Below, piece by piece: positions 51,152 to 60,569 of a stretch of DNA of 63,884 nucleotides (position 1 is the first letter of the stretch; each line of letters opens with the position of its first letter). Under the pieces are notes generated by a model. That model saw only the letters and a program-made list of their open reading frames with translations. It was not told where the DNA came from and ran no database searches. Source of the stretch: Promethearchaeota archaeon (lineage in GTDB: Archaea; Asgardarchaeota; Lokiarchaeia; Sigyniarchaeales; SOKP01); contig JAUVXW010000025.1 in NCBI GenBank assembly GCA_030603385.1, positions 1-63,884 of the forward strand, read 5' to 3'. The position numbers were made by a program, and so were the translations under genes.

Positions 51152-51268
51152 TCATCTTAACTATACGGACAATTGTTCAAACTCACCCTTTTCGACAATT
51201 TTATTATGTAAATATTAGTGATAAGATTAAACAATTAAAAATAGGAATTAATTATAAAATAGTCACAA

Positions 51269-51646
51269 TTATATTAATTTCGCAATCTTTTCAGTTGTTC
51301 GTTTACAATCTAAAAAGATTAACCCGAGCCTTACGTCCTTCGTTGTAGAAACCGTTAATACCGCATTGGGACCAGCTTGTAGGACTAGGAGATAGCCTTC
51401 TCCGCCTTTTACATACAACTGCTCGAATTCCCCCTTTTCCATCTCGATAACAGCCCTTTCGGATAAGGAGAGAAGTGCAGCAGTCATTGCGGCGATCCTT
51501 GTCTCATCAACACCTTGAGGTAGAGCTGAAGCAATTGGTAAGCCCTCAGCAGACACTATTGCAGCGGCTTTAACTTCTGGGATGGCTGACAATAACTTCT
51601 TCAAAATATCATCAAGTGTATCAGTAGTCGGTTCCATGGAAGTCAT
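51269..51646 (-). CDS. Roadblock/LC7 domain protein
   Basis: AAAIVSAEGLPIAS..RIAAMTAALLSL.ER..LGLIFLD. Confidence 0.93.
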   Translation of the reverse strand: MTSMEPTTDTLDDILKKLLSAIPEVKAAAIVSAEGLPIASALPQGVDETRIAAMTAALLSLSERAVIEMEKGEFEQLYVKGGEGYLLVLQAGPNAVLTVSTTKDVRLGLIFLDCKRTTEKIAKLI

Positions 51647-51992
51647 TTTTTCCTGTTATTTAGATTTAGGATATTTATAGAGATAAATTACAATATAATA
51701 ATATAGATATAATTTTCTTATTTTAATATTATTTATTTTTTTGTATTACTTATTCTCTAATAAATTATATTATTATTTATTTATTAATTTAGGTTTGAAA
51801 TTTTTGTATTGTAATGATGTAGAAGATGATATAGCTTTTAAAATCTTAGAATATACAAATTTTATATTAGTTATACCTTATAATTTTTGTCGTTTCTATG
51901 ATGGATTCAATAATTTTACCCCACATTATTAAGGAAAATTAATTATTAGGTTATTAATTATTTAATTAATACAATTCTTTATCTGATTAATT

Positions 51993-53141
51993 ATGGACTA
52001 TTGGACTGGAGTAGATGAGGTTTATAACCTTACTTTATCCCTCTCATTTTTCTTACTTATGTTTCTAATGTTTCACATAGGAAGAAAGGGATATAAAGCA
52101 GATAATCGGTATGGGGGTGTTTCTACTATAATTTGTGGTTTCTGCTTTTTGATTTTTGGATATTATAATTCTATTGTAAGATTTTTTCCTTACCCATATA
52201 ATGGGTTTATGGTATGGTGGATTGGGATTATTTTATTTGTCAATTTGATTTTTTTTATGACAATTAAAAGGGAAATAAAGAAGATTAGTAAGGAAAATCT
52301 AGAAGAGCCCTTAGAGGGAGGAAGAAGACCAGTTTTAAGAAGATATATAGAAAGAATGACCAAAGAAAATCCTTATATCGAAGAAATTACATTTAAAATG
52401 GAATTGATTAGAAAGAGCTTTCATTTAACCGGATTATTGTTAGTATTAGCATATTTTGGTTTTTTCTCTCTTCTTTACCCAGTTACACGGATAGTAAGTG
52501 ATAGTGTGATTGTGTTAATAAATGATATAGGCCCAGCATATGAACTTATATGGGGTGACATAGCTCTATTTTATTATATTCCAGGTGATTTTCGGGCAGT
52601 AATTGGTTTAACTATGATGGCCTTAATCGGCGCTTTAATGTTTGCATTAATCTCTGATTTAATCCGTATAATTTGGGGTCCAGAATACTCAGTTTTTAAT
52701 TTTTTAACTAAATCAATGCTAAGAAAGAAAGAAAAAAATGCGGCAGGTCCACAAATTTATATAATTACAGGATTTATCTTCTCTTACATGTTATATATGG
52801 CAGGAATTCTTAATATTTTAGCGGTATTTTCTGGAATACTTATAGCGTGCCTTTCAGATGCGACAGCAGCTTTGATTGGAAGAAGATACGGAAAACATAA
52901 AATCCAAGTAAGAAGCAAAGACATAAAATCTATTGAGGGTTTTTTAGCTGGGACTATCCTAGCATACATTATAGGATTTATTATCGTAGGTCCAATTTAT
53001 GCAATAATCGGAGCTGTTATATTTTTTATCACAGATTATTTCCCTATATATACCGCTGATAATTTATTAAATCCGATATTTATTCCAATAGGAATTCAGA
53101 TTTTAATAAATATATTAGGGTTACCAGTTGGATGGTTTTAA
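51993..53141 (+). CDS. Dolichol/phytol kinase-like membrane protein (CTP-dependent)
   Basis: ELIRKSFH, LR.KE, SDATAALIGRRYG, KSIEG, DNL. Confidence 0.85.
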   Translation: MDYWTGVDEVYNLTLSLSFFLLMFLMFHIGRKGYKADNRYGGVSTIICGFCFLIFGYYNSIVRFFPYPYNGFMVWWIGIILFVNLIFFMTIKREIKKISKENLEEPLEGGRRPVLRRYIERMTKENPYIEEITFKMELIRKSFHLTGLLLVLAYFGFFSLLYPVTRIVSDSVIVLINDIGPAYELIWGDIALFYYIPGDFRAVIGLTMMALIGALMFALISDLIRIIWGPEYSVFNFLTKSMLRKKEKNAAGPQIYIITGFIFSYMLYMAGILNILAVFSGILIACLSDATAALIGRRYGKHKIQVRSKDIKSIEGFLAGTILAYIIGFIIVGPIYAIIGAVIFFITDYFPIYTADNLLNPIFIPIGIQILINILGLPVGWF

Positions 53142-53174
53142 TAATATATATAAATTGATATGTTTTCTTGAGAA

Positions 53175-54020
53175 ATGCGCGAATTATTAGATTACTTGAA
53201 AAATATTCGACTTGCTATATTTGATCTCGATGGTGTGGTTTATCGTGGAAATACATTAATTCCAAATGCTGATAAAGTTATAAATGAACTTAAGGATCTG
53301 TCAATTAAAGTAGTTTATAATTCTAACAATTCAACCGCAACAAGGAAAACGTATGTAGAGAGATTGGAAAACCTCAATATTAAGAGTGAAATAACAGATT
53401 TTTATACAAGTGCATCTATAACCTCTGCCGAGATCACAAATATTAAAGAAAAAGCCAATATTTATGTAATAGGAGAAATGGGATTAAGACAAGAATTAAA
53501 ATCTCTAGGCCATAATATTGAAACAAACCCTACAGACTACAAAGATATTGATTTTGTGATTGTCGGTCTTGATAGAGATTTTAAATATGATAAGTTAGCA
53601 ATTGCTCAAAGATGTATATTAGAGGGAAATGCACAATTTTATGCAACAAATACGGACTCTACTTTACCCGTTGCTAGAGGCTTTAAACCAGGAGCAGGTG
53701 TAATGGTTAATGCTTTGACCACTTGTACAGGTAGAGAACCTATTAGAATTTTTGGGAAACCTGAACCTTTCGGTATTGAACTAATTTTAAATGATGCCAA
53801 TATTCCTCCCAAGCAAGTATGTATCTTAGGGGATCGGCTAAACACTGACATATTAGCGGGCAATAGAGCCGGAATTATATCAGTAGCAGTTTTAACAGGA
53901 GTTACTACAAGAGATATGATTGAGAACATAAAAGAAAAGGTAATAAAGTCAAAAGACTTCGATACAAATCTAATCCCTGATTTAGTTATCGAAAAATTAG
54001 CAGATATTTTTAAAAATTAA
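53175..54020 (+). CDS. HAD-IIA hydrolase (NagD-like)
   Basis: FDLDGV, NNS, ATNTD, GKP, GDRLNTDI, VLTG. Confidence 0.93.
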   Translation: MRELLDYLKNIRLAIFDLDGVVYRGNTLIPNADKVINELKDLSIKVVYNSNNSTATRKTYVERLENLNIKSEITDFYTSASITSAEITNIKEKANIYVIGEMGLRQELKSLGHNIETNPTDYKDIDFVIVGLDRDFKYDKLAIAQRCILEGNAQFYATNTDSTLPVARGFKPGAGVMVNALTTCTGREPIRIFGKPEPFGIELILNDANIPPKQVCILGDRLNTDILAGNRAGIISVAVLTGVTTRDMIENIKEKVIKSKDFDTNLIPDLVIEKLADIFKN

Positions 54021-54021
54021 A

Positions 54022-54549
54022 TCATGTGTTAACAATTTTGGCTTGTCTTAACATTAATCTTCCTATTTCTAAAAATACTTCTTGTACATTTTGGCCATCT
54101 TTAGAAGAACATTCGATATAACCGAATAAATCATTACTTTTTGCTAATTCATATGCTTCATCTCTAGAAACAGCTCTTTTGTATTCGAGATCTAATTTAC
54201 TTCCAACCATAATAATAGGTATTTGATTTAAAGGTCCTTTATATCCATGTTTTAAAATATCTAGCCAATCTTGAAAATTTTTGAGTGAACTATATCGTGT
54301 GATATCATACATGAAAATTCCACCAGAAGCACCTAAAACATAGCTAGGTAACAAGAATCTGAACCTATCTTCTCCAGCAAAATCCCAGATTTGTAAAGTA
54401 ACTCGTTTTTCTTGAATTTCTAACTTTTTTATATGAAAGTCGACACCAATAGTGATTTCTGAATCACTCTTAAATACACCGGTGAGATAGCGATTTATTA
54501 ATGTAGTCTTTCCTACTCCACCGTCTCCAAATAGGCAAACCTTAAACAT
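54022..54549 (-). CDS. Rab-like small GTPase
   Basis: GDGGVGKT, TIGVDF, WDFAGE.RF, SKLD, ECSSK; no C-terminal Cys. Confidence 0.93.
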   Translation of the reverse strand: MFKVCLFGDGGVGKTTLINRYLTGVFKSDSEITIGVDFHIKKLEIQEKRVTLQIWDFAGEDRFRFLLPSYVLGASGGIFMYDITRYSSLKNFQDWLDILKHGYKGPLNQIPIIMVGSKLDLEYKRAVSRDEAYELAKSNDLFGYIECSSKDGQNVQEVFLEIGRLMLRQAKIVNT

Positions 54550-54815
54550 TGCATCACTTAGAGGAATTTTTTCTTTTCACCAAATTGGTTGATAATAATT
54601 ATTATTTTACACTTGCTTTTATTAAGAGAGCTCGATTATAAAAATTTTTAATTAAATTAATGTTTCAGTGATTTTTATAATATAATAAATTCTATTTTTA
54701 AAAATAATTGGTTTCAGATAATAATAAACACAAATTTTATTATATTATCTGAAAAAATTATTAAGAGATAGGAATATATTTTAATTTCTTACTAAATTTT
54801 CAAATTTGATTTAAA

Positions 54816-55970
54816 ATGTCAACAAAGATAAGTATTATAAACGTTAATGATTTTGATGGTATTCCTGATGCTGTTATCGGAGCTATCAAATTAATCGAAA
54901 AAGATATTCATTTTGATTTTACTAAATCTAAAAATATTCTTTTAAAGCCAAATTTGTTAACAACAAAAAAAGATGCTTGTACTCAACTTGGTTTTGTTGA
55001 AGGTGTAATTTCTTATCTTAAAGCGATTGGGGTTTCCATGGGTAATGTTTACTTAGGAGACTCCCCAGGTCAATCTCAAAAGTTAGGTTCTGATGTTGCC
55101 AAAGAAATTGGAATTTATGAAATATGTGAAACCCATGGAGTAAATTTTGTGGATTTTGAAAGTGATATACCGATAAATGAAAAAATTGAAGGGGCTTTAA
55201 GGTTAAAAGAAATTCATGTTGCCAAAGCTGTAAAAGATTGTGATATATTAATCAATCTGCCACGCCTGAAATCTCATTTGGAAGCAACAATGACAGGAGC
55301 AATAAAAAATTATTGGGGTATTATTCCTGGAGGTTTAAAAGCTCATTATCATTTATTTGGAAAAACAGCTGAACAATTTGGAGAAGTTCTTGCAGATAAT
55401 TTTTCATGGATAGTAAAGAATAAGCCAAATAGATTAACGGTGTACGATTTACAAGAGATTATGGAAGGTAGAATGGGACCAGGAGGGGGAAAAATGAAAA
55501 AATGGGATTTAGTCCTTGCTGGAACAGATGAACTAGCTTTAGATATTGTTGCTCTAGAAATTGGTAAGATTAAATCAAAAAATGTTCCCCATATTAAAAA
55601 TGGAATAGAGCGAAACTTAGGAGTTGGAAATTTAGAAAATATAGAAATTTTGGGCTTATCTCTTGAAGAAGCTAAAAAGCAAACCCCTAAATTTAAAGTA
55701 CCGGGAAATACATTTACTAGTTTTATCGCTTATATGTCAGGACATATAGGATATAAAATAATTAAAAAAATTCCTGAACTAATAAAATCTAAATGTATAC
55801 AATGCGGAGAATGCGCTCAAAATTGCCCTGCTGAAGCTATAGAGTTTGAAACCAATAATTTTCCTATATTCTTACGAAAGAAATGTATTTCTTGTTTTTG
55901 CTGCGCTGAATTATGTTCGGAGAGTGCTATTAAAGCAAGATCTAGGGGTTTAGCGGGATTTTTCGATTAA
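54816..55970 (+). CDS. DUF362 protein with a C-terminal 4Fe-4S dicluster
   Basis: LLKPNL, GDSPG, INLPRLKSH, TGAIKN..G; two CxxCxxCxxxC motifs. Confidence 0.9.
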   Translation: MSTKISIINVNDFDGIPDAVIGAIKLIEKDIHFDFTKSKNILLKPNLLTTKKDACTQLGFVEGVISYLKAIGVSMGNVYLGDSPGQSQKLGSDVAKEIGIYEICETHGVNFVDFESDIPINEKIEGALRLKEIHVAKAVKDCDILINLPRLKSHLEATMTGAIKNYWGIIPGGLKAHYHLFGKTAEQFGEVLADNFSWIVKNKPNRLTVYDLQEIMEGRMGPGGGKMKKWDLVLAGTDELALDIVALEIGKIKSKNVPHIKNGIERNLGVGNLENIEILGLSLEEAKKQTPKFKVPGNTFTSFIAYMSGHIGYKIIKKIPELIKSKCIQCGECAQNCPAEAIEFETNNFPIFLRKKCISCFCCAELCSESAIKARSRGLAGFFD

Positions 55971-57373
55971 CAATAATCTCCTTCTTTATGCAAATTGGAA
56001 TATTCTCGCAGAAAATAATAATATGATAATCTTGTATTAAGTATTGAATCGTACTGAATAAATTCATTCGCAGAATGAGCAAATCCCCCAATACCTAAAC
56101 CACCTGTAATAAAATTTAATCCCAAAATCTTTTGAATTTTACTTAGTGGAGCCGCAGCAGCGCTTATTGGCCATAATTCAGTTTGAACTCCCAAATTTAA
56201 AGCGCTTTTTATAAGACTTTTTACCAATAAAGAATCTTTATTAACTCTTGAGCTCTCATAACCCAAATTTTTTATTAATTTTATCTCAGATTTTGATGAT
56301 TTGGAAAATTCTTCTATTTTTCCTTTAATTTCTTGAAATAAAACATCCACAGGAAGATCATGGGCAAATCTAATATCAATATTACAGATGGCTTCATTAG
56401 GAACGTAATTTTTCAATCCTTCTTCTAAAAATCCAGATTTTAATGTGGAAATGTTAAATGTTGGATTAAACAAATAATTAATAAAATCCGATTTTGCATC
56501 ATTTTCGCGTGTTTGTAGGATTCCTGCTTTTTTTTTTATACTCTGGATATCTAATTTACTTAATAATTCATTGAGAATTAATTCTTCTTCTTTAGTCATA
56601 TCATAAGATTTCTTTAGTGATCTAATTTGAAACTCACTATTTGAATATATTAAGTTAAGTATCGATATTAAATCAGCAGCAGGATTAGGAATCATTGCAC
56701 TGAATGCTGAATGTGGTTCTTTATTTTTTGATAATACTTTTATAGTTAAAGATAAGATACCCTTATATCCGAGTTTTAAAATTGAATTTCCACTCATACT
56801 TTGTTTTGTTGATGGATAGTATGCATCTATACAATCTTTAAACATATTTTTTTTTTCTTCAATGAATTTCAATAAAGTAGGAGACCCTATTTCTTCCTCA
56901 CCATCAAATAGAAACAGTAAAGATATCGGTAATCTATTATTTCTTTTTAATTCTCTTACTACATTCAAAAAGCAAATCAATGGAGTTTTCGAATTATATG
57001 CACCCCTTGCTATAATACAATCTCCTAGAGCATCTAGGGGATAATCAAGTTTATGGAATTCAGCTCCAAATGGATCACATATCCAATCTTCTTCTTTACT
57101 AATAGGTTGGGTATCATACATCATATAAATTAGCAGTTTATCTTTTATTTTACCGTCAACCTTAGCTAGAAACAAAGGATTAGATATCCCTTGATATTCT
57201 GCTATTTCCTCTGAAAAAGAATTAATGTAGAAAATAATATAGTCTTTTGCTTTCTGAATTCCTTCTTTATTTGATGTATTGCTAGGGATTCTGAGGAATG
57301 GTCGTAGATCGTTATCAATGAAATCATTATTGCTATTTTTTAGTTCGCTTTCAATTTTGTTAATTGATTTCAT
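55967..57373 (-). CDS. M20-family peptidase/deacylase
   Basis: YDTQP, ARGA, GEEEIGS, G.KG, HSANE. Confidence 0.85.
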   Translation of the reverse strand: MKSINKIESELKNSNNDFIDNDLRPFLRIPSNTSNKEGIQKAKDYIIFYINSFSEEIAEYQGISNPLFLAKVDGKIKDKLLIYMMYDTQPISKEEDWICDPFGAEFHKLDYPLDALGDCIIARGAYNSKTPLICFLNVVRELKRNNRLPISLLFLFDGEEEIGSPTLLKFIEEKKNMFKDCIDAYYPSTKQSMSGNSILKLGYKGILSLTIKVLSKNKEPHSAFSAMIPNPAADLISILNLIYSNSEFQIRSLKKSYDMTKEEELILNELLSKLDIQSIKKKAGILQTRENDAKSDFINYLFNPTFNISTLKSGFLEEGLKNYVPNEAICNIDIRFAHDLPVDVLFQEIKGKIEEFSKSSKSEIKLIKNLGYESSRVNKDSLLVKSLIKSALNLGVQTELWPISAAAAPLSKIQKILGLNFITGGLGIGGFAHSANEFIQYDSILNTRLSYYYFLREYSNLHKEGDYC

Positions 57374-57439
57374 ATATATTCAATAGTTAAATTAGGTAAT
57401 TAATTAATATAATTATCTTAACTTTAAGTAATTACAATT

Positions 57440-57832
57440 ATGAAAGAGATTGAAAAGAAAGATACAGAGGATATCACCGAATTAATTCAAATTTTAGATG
57501 AATTAAAGAATAAAGGCAATTTTACTGGGATTTTATATGCTAAGCGAAATGGAGAACTTATTAATGAAAATATTGAAAAATCTATTAGTAGCAAAGAATT
57601 TGTTTCAATGTGTGCCTCTGTTTTAGAAGGAGCTATAGGACTTAGTAAAACAATGGAAAGTCAGAAAGTAAATAAAATAATAGCAGAATTAAAAGAAGAC
57701 ACAATTGTTATTGTTGAGATTGATAAAAATTCATTTTTAACATGTATATTAAATGCTCAATCAAATATGAATATTGTTTTGGACAATTTAGATAAATATA
57801 TTCAAAAAATTGTTACGTTGTCTTATGAATAG
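57440..57832 (+). CDS. Roadblock/LC7 domain protein
   Basis: GIL.AKRNGELI..F.SMCASV pattern; 130 aa. Confidence 0.75.
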   Translation: MKEIEKKDTEDITELIQILDELKNKGNFTGILYAKRNGELINENIEKSISSKEFVSMCASVLEGAIGLSKTMESQKVNKIIAELKEDTIVIVEIDKNSFLTCILNAQSNMNIVLDNLDKYIQKIVTLSYE

Positions 57833-57840
57833 ACTTTAGG

Positions 57841-59511
57841 TTATAAATCGTTCATCCAATCTGGATTGATTTTGTTTAAAGCAATCTCTACTTCTTTTCT
57901 AAAATCCCAATTATCATCCCCTAGTATTTCAATAAGAGGTTTTATTGCATCTTTGCTTCCTATTTCACCTAATGCTTTAACTGCCGACAATCGAGTTTTA
58001 TCATCAGACTCTTTTAATAAGGAAATAAAGGGTTCAATTGAATCAATATTTTTAAGTTTTCCAAGAGCCATAGCAGCCCAACTTTTAATATATATATCAT
58101 CATCATTTAGACATGATATTAGTGAATTTATCGATTCATCACCTCCGATCCTTATAAGTAATTTTACTCCTGCTCTTCTAATTTTCCAATTTGAACTGTT
58201 TATTGCTTCCTTTGCTAAACCAATAACTCTATCAGATTTGAAATAAATCAAGCTATCAATTGCAGCTTTTCTAACGCTTCCGTTTTCATCCTCTATTAAA
58301 TTAAAAATAGACTTAATTGTTGTAGGGTCTGCCATTTCTCCCAAAATTTTAGTACAAAACATTCGAATTTGCCATGATTTATCTGTTAACCCATTTATTA
58401 TCAAATCATCAACATTCTTGTCCAGAATTCTTAAGACTGCCTTGTAAGCATATCTTCTCAGGCTTGCAACTTTACTATTGAATATTTTTATTAATAGATC
58501 AATTGAATTATTATCCTTTAACATCCCTACTAATTTAATTGCCTCCTTTCTAGCATCAAGATTTCTTCCCTTAATAACCTCATAAAGAACTTCATAGTTT
58601 TTGGATTTAGAAAGAATTTTATATAGAGCATTTCGAGCAAGATTTCTAACTTTGATATCTTTCTCTTTTAAAATTTCTAGTAATGGTTTTACAGCTCTTT
58701 TACTTCCTACAATTCCCAAAACGCGTATGGTTTCTTTTCTTACTTCTATATCTGTATCATTAAGAAGATCCAAAATATTTTTTATATTTTTTAATTCTAT
58801 TATTTTTTCCAGTGCTTTTACTGAATTCTTCCTTACAATAGGAATTTTATCTTCCAATAGCGAAATTAAAAGACTCTCACTCTCTTTATTTCCAATTCTC
58901 CCTAAAACGACGGGTATTTCTCTTTTGATATTTGGATCTTCTGTATTAAAATACTCATTAATAGTTTGTACGTGTCCTTTTTTTCCTAGTCTTACGATAG
59001 AATCTATCAAAATATTATATATTTCTGTGTTTCTAAAATGTAATAACTCTATTAAGGGGACTAAAGCTTCTTTTTTCCCTGCTTTGCCTAAATAATTAAC
59101 CGCTAACTTTTTAGATTCAATATTAGCATCACCTAAAGCTTCAATGAAGAAGGGGGTTGAACCATTTAAATCGAATCTTCCAACTATTTCAATTAGATTT
59201 TTCCTAACAGTTCCATCACTACAGTTTCTATACTGGTCTTTTAAAAACTCAATTCCATCATCTTTGTAACGTATAGCTAATAATTCAATTAATGCAATCC
59301 GTAATTGAGGGTGCTTATCTTCTAAAAATACCTTTTTAATTTCTTGAAAAGGAATTTTCTGATCATCCTGGAATTGTAGTAATAAATAAACCACTCTCAC
59401 TTTATGATCCCAGGTTTCTGAAGATCTTAAAATTGATAGGAGCGATTCAATTGCTTCTTCTGGGTTCATGGAATCAATTTTTTCGAGTACTTGTTTAGTA
59501 TTAGGTTTCAA
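57841..59511 (-). CDS. HEAT-repeat protein
   Basis: Many L.D....VR..A...LG repeats. Confidence 0.92.
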   Translation of the reverse strand: MKPNTKQVLEKIDSMNPEEAIESLLSILRSSETWDHKVRVVYLLLQFQDDQKIPFQEIKKVFLEDKHPQLRIALIELLAIRYKDDGIEFLKDQYRNCSDGTVRKNLIEIVGRFDLNGSTPFFIEALGDANIESKKLAVNYLGKAGKKEALVPLIELLHFRNTEIYNILIDSIVRLGKKGHVQTINEYFNTEDPNIKREIPVVLGRIGNKESESLLISLLEDKIPIVRKNSVKALEKIIELKNIKNILDLLNDTDIEVRKETIRVLGIVGSKRAVKPLLEILKEKDIKVRNLARNALYKILSKSKNYEVLYEVIKGRNLDARKEAIKLVGMLKDNNSIDLLIKIFNSKVASLRRYAYKAVLRILDKNVDDLIINGLTDKSWQIRMFCTKILGEMADPTTIKSIFNLIEDENGSVRKAAIDSLIYFKSDRVIGLAKEAINSSNWKIRRAGVKLLIRIGGDESINSLISCLNDDDIYIKSWAAMALGKLKNIDSIEPFISLLKESDDKTRLSAVKALGEIGSKDAIKPLIEILGDDNWDFRKEVEIALNKINPDWMNDL

Positions 59512-59674
59512 TTCTATAACCTTAACCTTTGCAAATTAATTTCAAATAATTAAAAATAGATAACCTCTGAATTTATACAAAAAAATAGATTTATTTATTT
59601 TTATTGATCTAAAAAATCATAAAAACTAATTTATATTATAGATATTGGTAAATTAACTACATTAAAATACATCT

Positions 59675-60127
59675 ATGTCTTCGAAAACTCAATTTCTCAA
59701 ACATGTAGAATATTTAATAAAGAAATATGAGAATGAGGAAAAATCTGGAATATTTTTTAAACTTGAGAAGGGTAAAGATCCTTTGGAAATCCTTGGAGTT
59801 CTAGATTTTTTAAAATATAAACTTGAAAAATGGGGGAATACTAATATTTTTAGCTATTTAGGTAGCTTATTTGATAAAAATACTATTCTGGTAATAGGGT
59901 CAAGTAAATCTGAGGAAGCTATAAGTATTATAAAACATATTTATTTATCTCAGGTAATCAAAAATGCAGAACAAATCAAGAATTTAATAGGAAAATTAGA
60001 TAATATTTTTGATCTTGAGCAATATTTAAGTAATGAAATATCTAATAAGATAAAAGTAGGATATCCAATTGAGCCAAAATTGGAAATTCAGTTAAAAAAT
60101 CATATAAAAAAACTTTTAGCATCTTAG
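59675..60127 (+). CDS. Hypothetical protein
   Basis: 150-aa ORF. Confidence 0.65.
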   Translation: MSSKTQFLKHVEYLIKKYENEEKSGIFFKLEKGKDPLEILGVLDFLKYKLEKWGNTNIFSYLGSLFDKNTILVIGSSKSEEAISIIKHIYLSQVIKNAEQIKNLIGKLDNIFDLEQYLSNEISNKIKVGYPIEPKLEIQLKNHIKKLLAS

Positions 60128-60177
60128 ATAATGACTCTTACCAAAATCACTTTTATTAAAAAATAAAAAAGAAATTT

Positions 60178-60436
60178 TTAACCAACTTTAATATTCATCT
60201 TCTTTCGTTCTTCGAGTAAAGCATCTACCACTGTAGGATCGGTTAAAGTTGTTACATTTCCAATATCAGTTCCAGCTGCTATAGCTTTTAAAATTCTTCG
60301 CATAATCTTCCCACTTCGAGTTTTTAGTAGTGCGTCAGCAAATTGAATTACATCCGGCTGAAAGACAGGCCCAATCTCTTGTCTTACGTGCATCCTTATC
60401 TCTTTAGATAGTTTAGCTGATTTTTCGAGGCCCGGG
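60178..60436 (-). pseudogene. acs: Orphan 3' end of acetyl-CoA synthetase, copy 1
   Basis: [37 protein letters not shown]; homology starts at CCCGGG; in-frame stop a few codons upstream. Confidence 0.85.
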
Positions 60437-60506
60437 TAAAATTGCTTTTAAGATTCTACTTATAAAAATGTAAAATATTATTAATTGAGCTAACTGTTTA
60501 TTAATC
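60178..60506. repeat. Direct repeat unit 1 (acs 3' end plus conserved non-coding arm)
   Basis: Matches 63085-63415 at an offset of 2907 bp. Confidence 0.9.
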
Positions 60507-60569
60507 GTTCATAGGATTTATTATAAAAGATTTAAGGTTGAAATTCAAAAGATTGATATTTAACAATAT

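Noticed and set aside
51050-51200. GC-richer intergenic patch first considered an ncRNA or SECIS element
   Set aside because: Better explained as protein-coding remnants (M28 and roadblock fragments)
51741-51932. 63-aa ORF
   Set aside because: Extremely AT-rich intergenic sequence with low-complexity composition and no motif
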